A stretch of 64,000 bases of DNA from an uncultured Desulfovibrionaceae bacterium (GTDB lineage Bacteria > Desulfobacterota > Desulfovibrionia > Desulfovibrionales > Desulfovibrionaceae): the NCBI GenBank assembly GCA_964368075.1, contig CAYJAD010000005.1:2755-66754 (forward strand). Direction: 5' to 3'. The notes beneath the pieces were generated by a model, which worked only from the letters and a program-made list of their open reading frames with translations, was not told where the DNA came from and made no database searches. Within the stretch, counting starts at the first letter, position 1; every line of letters starts with the position of its first letter. The position numbers were made by a program, and so were the translations under genes. Shown piece after piece: positions 60,447 to 64,000 of the stretch.

Positions 60447-61490
60447 TTATGCGGGGGAACATGCGCGCTGTGGTGGAGTAAAGACTGCAATCAGTTGCGT
60501 AACAAGGCTTTCTAGGGTTTGTTCTACGTTTTTTTCACCACTTTTGATGGAAAGCTCTGCATTTACGATATACGTAAAGATTTTTGTTACGCCTGAAAAA
60601 CCTAATCGACGTGCAAGGGCTTCCTTTTCCCGTGCTGATTGGGGGTGTAAGCGCACACCTTCTCCTGCAAGGATTTGCCATAAAACTTTAACATCTCGTG
60701 AAAGTAAGGCTAAAAACGGAAATAATACTGAATCAATATCGTGTTGGCTGCGGTAGATTTCTGCCCATGCGGCAGTGAGATTACCAGCGTAAATATGATG
60801 CATGAAGGAGAAAATATTCGACTCAGGTACATATGAACCAGAACCTACCATGTCCATGTGTACATGGCCATCCTTGGCAGCAAGACGGAGTTTTTCCATC
60901 TCATTGTCAATGGCGGTAGCATCTGCAGGCACCGAAGCGCAAAGAGCGTCAAGAGCATCGGCTTCAAAGGTGAGCTGTATTTTTGGTGCCTTGCTTATAA
61001 TATAACTCCTAATGCCTTTAATATCAAGCCCTGAATGTCGCCAAATCCACGCTTTTTTTTCAGCAAACAATAATGGCTTTAGTTTACTAAGGTAAGCGGC
61101 GAGTTTTGGCTTGCCTTTTTCAAAGGGAACTTCAAAGCATATAATGAGCCAAGTTAGTGGGTTAGGTTGTGCCATCGAGGCTGAAATTTCTTTCCACTGT
61201 GCGGCATTGATGTTTTGCGCATTGCGCAAGAGAAGTATTTTTGGCGTAGAAAAAAGCCCTTGTAAGGTAAGATTTTCCCAAAAAGAATTAGGTAATTCTT
61301 CATCGCCCCAATACGTATGCTGTTGCCACTCGGCAGATGTAGGGGGGCTGCTCATACCCATAAGGCCACCCATTGCGCCAGTAGCAGCTTCGCTACTTTG
61401 TGCAGGGTGCTTGCTGACAAGCTCTTCTATATGTCTTTTTATGAGACCTGCGTCGGGGCATATACAAAAATAAAATCCCGGTCTAGACAT
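60447..61490 (-). CDS. holA: DNA polymerase III delta subunit (tentative)
   Basis: 347 aa, located immediately downstream of leuS as in many proteobacteria-like genomes. The pattern is weakly delta-like (FYFCICPD..., LLLRNAQ). Confidence 0.55.
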   Translation of the reverse strand: MSRPGFYFCICPDAGLIKRHIEELVSKHPAQSSEAATGAMGGLMGMSSPPTSAEWQQHTYWGDEELPNSFWENLTLQGLFSTPKILLLRNAQNINAAQWKEISASMAQPNPLTWLIICFEVPFEKGKPKLAAYLSKLKPLLFAEKKAWIWRHSGLDIKGIRSYIISKAPKIQLTFEADALDALCASVPADATAIDNEMEKLRLAAKDGHVHMDMVGSGSYVPESNIFSFMHHIYAGNLTAAWAEIYRSQHDIDSVLFPFLALLSRDVKVLWQILAGEGVRLHPQSAREKEALARRLGFSGVTKIFTYIVNAELSIKSGEKNVEQTLESLVTQLIAVFTPPQRACSPA

Positions 61491-61541
61491 GATTTTACCT
61501 CTGATAGATTTTTGAAAAAAGAGAAGGTGTTTTTATGCAGT

Positions 61542-61577
61542 GCGAGGAAACTTTTTCTTTGCTTAAAGTTTCCTCGC
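61542..61577. repeat. Hairpin related to the REP-like core (ggaaacttt...aaagtttcc)
   Basis: gcgaggaaacttt ttctttgctt aaagtttcctcgc, located between leuS and holA. Confidence 0.6.
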
Positions 61578-61599
61578 AAAATTATTTTATAATGAAGGG

Positions 61600-64000
61600 T
61601 TAGCTGGCTACAATATTGACCAGTTTTTGTGGAACCACAATAACTTTTCGCACGGTTAATCCTGTAAGGTGTTTTTGCACGGTGGTATCATCTAAAGCCA
61701 GTTTTTCCACTTCTTCCTTACTTGTTTGCGCTGGTACTTCTAATTTTCCGCGCAATTTTCCATTAATTTGCACTACTATGGTTAATACATCTTGTGCCGT
61801 AGCTTCTTCTTGCCATGTGGGCCAAGGCATGTCGGATACTGTGTTTTTATGTCCAAGGTCTTGCCAAAGCTCTTCACACATATGTGGCGTAAAGGGGCAA
61901 AGCAAGGTGAGTACCGTTCCCATGGCTGAGGAAAATACTTTTTGCGAGGCATGGTCTTGTGTATCCTTACACAGAATATCCTTGGCTAAATACATGGCAT
62001 TGACCAATTCCATAACAGCGGCAATAGCTGTGTTGAATTGATATTTATTTTCAATGTCGCTTTGCACTTTTTTTACTGTAAGGTGCTCTTTGCGTCGTAA
62101 ATCCTTGGCACAAGAGCTGTCTTTTGCTGTGCTAGCATCATCTGCTGTGCTAGAGCAAGAAGCCATGGCCGTTAGTGAAGTGCGCGATTCCATAAAGAGG
62201 CGCCATACACGGTTTAAGAAGCGCGAAGAGCCCTCAATGCCTGTTTCTGACCAGTCAAAATCGCGCTCAGGTGGAGCGGCAAAAAGGCAGAATAAGCGCA
62301 CTGTATCGGCACCAAATTGCTCTATCATTTGTGTGGGATCTACCACATTTCCCTTGGATTTAGACATCTTTGTACCTTCTTTAAGCACCATGCCTTGTGT
62401 GAGCAGATTACTAAAAGGTTCGTCTAAGTCTTCGGGGTAAAAACCTAAATCGCGCAAAGCCTTGGTGTAAAAGCGCGCATAAAGCAAATGCAAAATAGCA
62501 TGCTCTACACCACCAATATACTGGTCTACAGGCATCCAATATTTGATAATATCTTTATCAAAGGGTGCTTGATCATTGCGTGCATCTGCATAGCGCGAGA
62601 AATACCACGAAGATTCCACAAAGGTATCCATGGTATCCGTTTCTCTCTTGGCTTTGCCGCCGCATTGCGGACATGTGCATTCATAGAAAGAAGGAGTATC
62701 CGGCAAAGGAGAGCGACCATCTTCTTTGGTTTTAACATCTAGCGGCAATACGATGGGAAGATTTTCTTCTTTTTCTGGAACTTCTCCGCAATCTGGGCAA
62801 AATACCATGGGGATGGGTGCGCCCCAATAACGCTGACGAGAGATATTCCAATCGCGCAAGCGATATTGCACGGTGGATTTTCCAAGACCTTCTTTTTCTA
62901 AGGCTTTGGCAATGGCTTTTTTTCCTTCTTCGAAGAAAAGCCCGTCGAAGACACCAGAATTGAACATATGGCCGGCACCGGTCCATGCTTCACTCATGGT
63001 TTGCACATCTAGTGTTTCGCTATTTTCCGGTTGAATAACAGGGATGAATGATAAAGCGTATTTTTGTGCAAATTCAAAATCGCGTTGGTCATGGGCAGGA
63101 ACCCCCATAACAGCCCCCGTGCCATAATCAGCTAAAACAAAATTGCCCAACCAAATGGGAATTTCTTTGCCAGTGAAGGGGTGTACGCAATGTGCGCCGG
63201 TGGCAATACCTTCTTTTACTAAGGTTTCTGATTGCCTATCAATGCGGTCCATATTGCGAATACGCTCAATAAAGGCGCGTACCTTGGCTTCTTCTTTACT
63301 ACCGGTGATGAGCGTATCCACCAAGGGGTGCTCCGGTGCAAGAGTCATGAAACTTACCCCAAAAACCGTATCAGGTCTGGTAGTAAAGACATCAATGCCT
63401 TTATACTCTTTTCCGTCCACAGTAATGGGAGTGGCAAGAGGAAAGGTTATTTCTGCCCCATGAGATTTGCCAATCCAATTGTGTTGCATGGCAATAACTC
63501 TTTCAGGCCAGCCTTTGTGCAATTTATCCAAATCTGCCAACAATTCTTCTGCATAGGCGGTGATGCGCACAAACCACTGAGCCAATTCTTTTTGTTCTAC
63601 GGCAGAATCGCAACGCCAACAGAGACCTTCAATGACCTGTTCATTGGCCAATACGGTGTGACAATCTGGGCACCAGTTTTGTGGGGCTTTTTTACGATAA
63701 ATCAAGCCTTTTTCTAGCATTTTTAAAAAGAAAAGCTGCTCCCAGCGATAGTACTCGGGAACGCAAGTGGCTACTTCTCTATTCCAATCGTAGGAATAGC
63801 CTAAGCGGCGTAATTGCGCCCGCATATTATCAATATTAGAAAAAGTCCACGCCGCAGGGTGCGTATTATTTTTAATGGCTGCGTTTTCTGCGGGCAGTCC
63901 CAAGGCATCCCATCCCATGGGGTGCAAGACGTTAAAGCCTTGCATACGTTTAAAGCGGGCTACCACATCGCCTATGGAATAATTTCGTACATGGCCCATA
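61600..64000 (-). CDS. leuS: Leucyl-tRNA synthetase (N-terminus beyond window edge)
   Basis: The window ends inside the HIGH region (..MGHVRNY). GTKMSKSKGN (KMSKS) and CP1 editing domain patterns are present. Confidence 0.96.
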   Translation of the reverse strand, partial: MGHVRNYSIGDVVARFKRMQGFNVLHPMGWDALGLPAENAAIKNNTHPAAWTFSNIDNMRAQLRRLGYSYDWNREVATCVPEYYRWEQLFFLKMLEKGLIYRKKAPQNWCPDCHTVLANEQVIEGLCWRCDSAVEQKELAQWFVRITAYAEELLADLDKLHKGWPERVIAMQHNWIGKSHGAEITFPLATPITVDGKEYKGIDVFTTRPDTVFGVSFMTLAPEHPLVDTLITGSKEEAKVRAFIERIRNMDRIDRQSETLVKEGIATGAHCVHPFTGKEIPIWLGNFVLADYGTGAVMGVPAHDQRDFEFAQKYALSFIPVIQPENSETLDVQTMSEAWTGAGHMFNSGVFDGLFFEEGKKAIAKALEKEGLGKSTVQYRLRDWNISRQRYWGAPIPMVFCPDCGEVPEKEENLPIVLPLDVKTKEDGRSPLPDTPSFYECTCPQCGGKAKRETDTMDTFVESSWYFSRYADARNDQAPFDKDIIKYWMPVDQYIGGVEHAILHLLYARFYTKALRDLGFYPEDLDEPFSNLLTQGMVLKEGTKMSKSKGNVVDPTQMIEQFGADTVRLFCLFAAPPERDFDWSETGIEGSSRFLNRVWRLFMESRTSLTAMASCSSTADDASTAKDSSCAKDLRRKEHLTVKKVQSDIENKYQFNTAIAAVMELVNAMYLAKDILCKDTQDHASQKVFSSAMGTVLTLLCPFTPHMCEELWQDLGHKNTVSDMPWPTWQEEATAQDVLTIVVQINGKLRGKLEVPAQTSKEEVEKLALDDTTVQKHLTGLTVRKVIVVPQKLVNIVAS

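Overview
A 64-kb chromosomal window with about 57 protein genes, mostly housekeeping. The + strand starts with plsX(partial)-fabH-fabG-acpP-fabF-glyA. Further along are tyrS, a DEAD-box helicase/ribF/rnhA block, thiC behind a TPP riboswitch, a dGTPase-like gene, trmFO, SRP RNA (ffs) and ptsH. Then come an RluA-family pseudouridine synthase, a PreP-like M16 peptidase, rex-cobS, guaB-guaA and a tightly coupled tatB-tatC-hisB-lipoprotein-hisA operon. The last third holds a cheX-like gene, a glycosyltransferase, NYN plus split lysO, a threonine aldolase, dnaB, rpsF-rpsR-rplI, gdhA, cysK, an amino-acid binding protein, lon, radC, holA and leuS(partial). The fab/glyA gene order and the protein families suggest a Desulfovibrionaceae-like (Desulfobacterota) genome of moderate GC; this is inference only. 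No rRNA, tRNA, CRISPR array or intact IS element was seen. Six things stand out. (1) A phage-derived island (about 6.8-11.2 kb) has a motif-intact orphan large terminase, a GH108-like protein, a GNAT-like protein, a cI-type S24 repressor and a Mor-family activator, but no integrase or virion genes. (2) A 959-aa secreted protein carries three ~195-aa tandem repeats that share an invariant six-cysteine pattern. (3) A dispersed G-rich, hairpin-containing REP-like element family has at least 6 copies. (4) An ~85-bp element occurs twice in inverted orientation 21 kb apart, with a related minimal palindrome elsewhere. (5) A 152-bp MITE-like imperfect palindrome starts immediately after the cysK stop codon. 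(6) TatC carries a 171-aa acidic N-terminal extension. All functional calls come from motif recognition by eye in the supplied translations; no database search was run.
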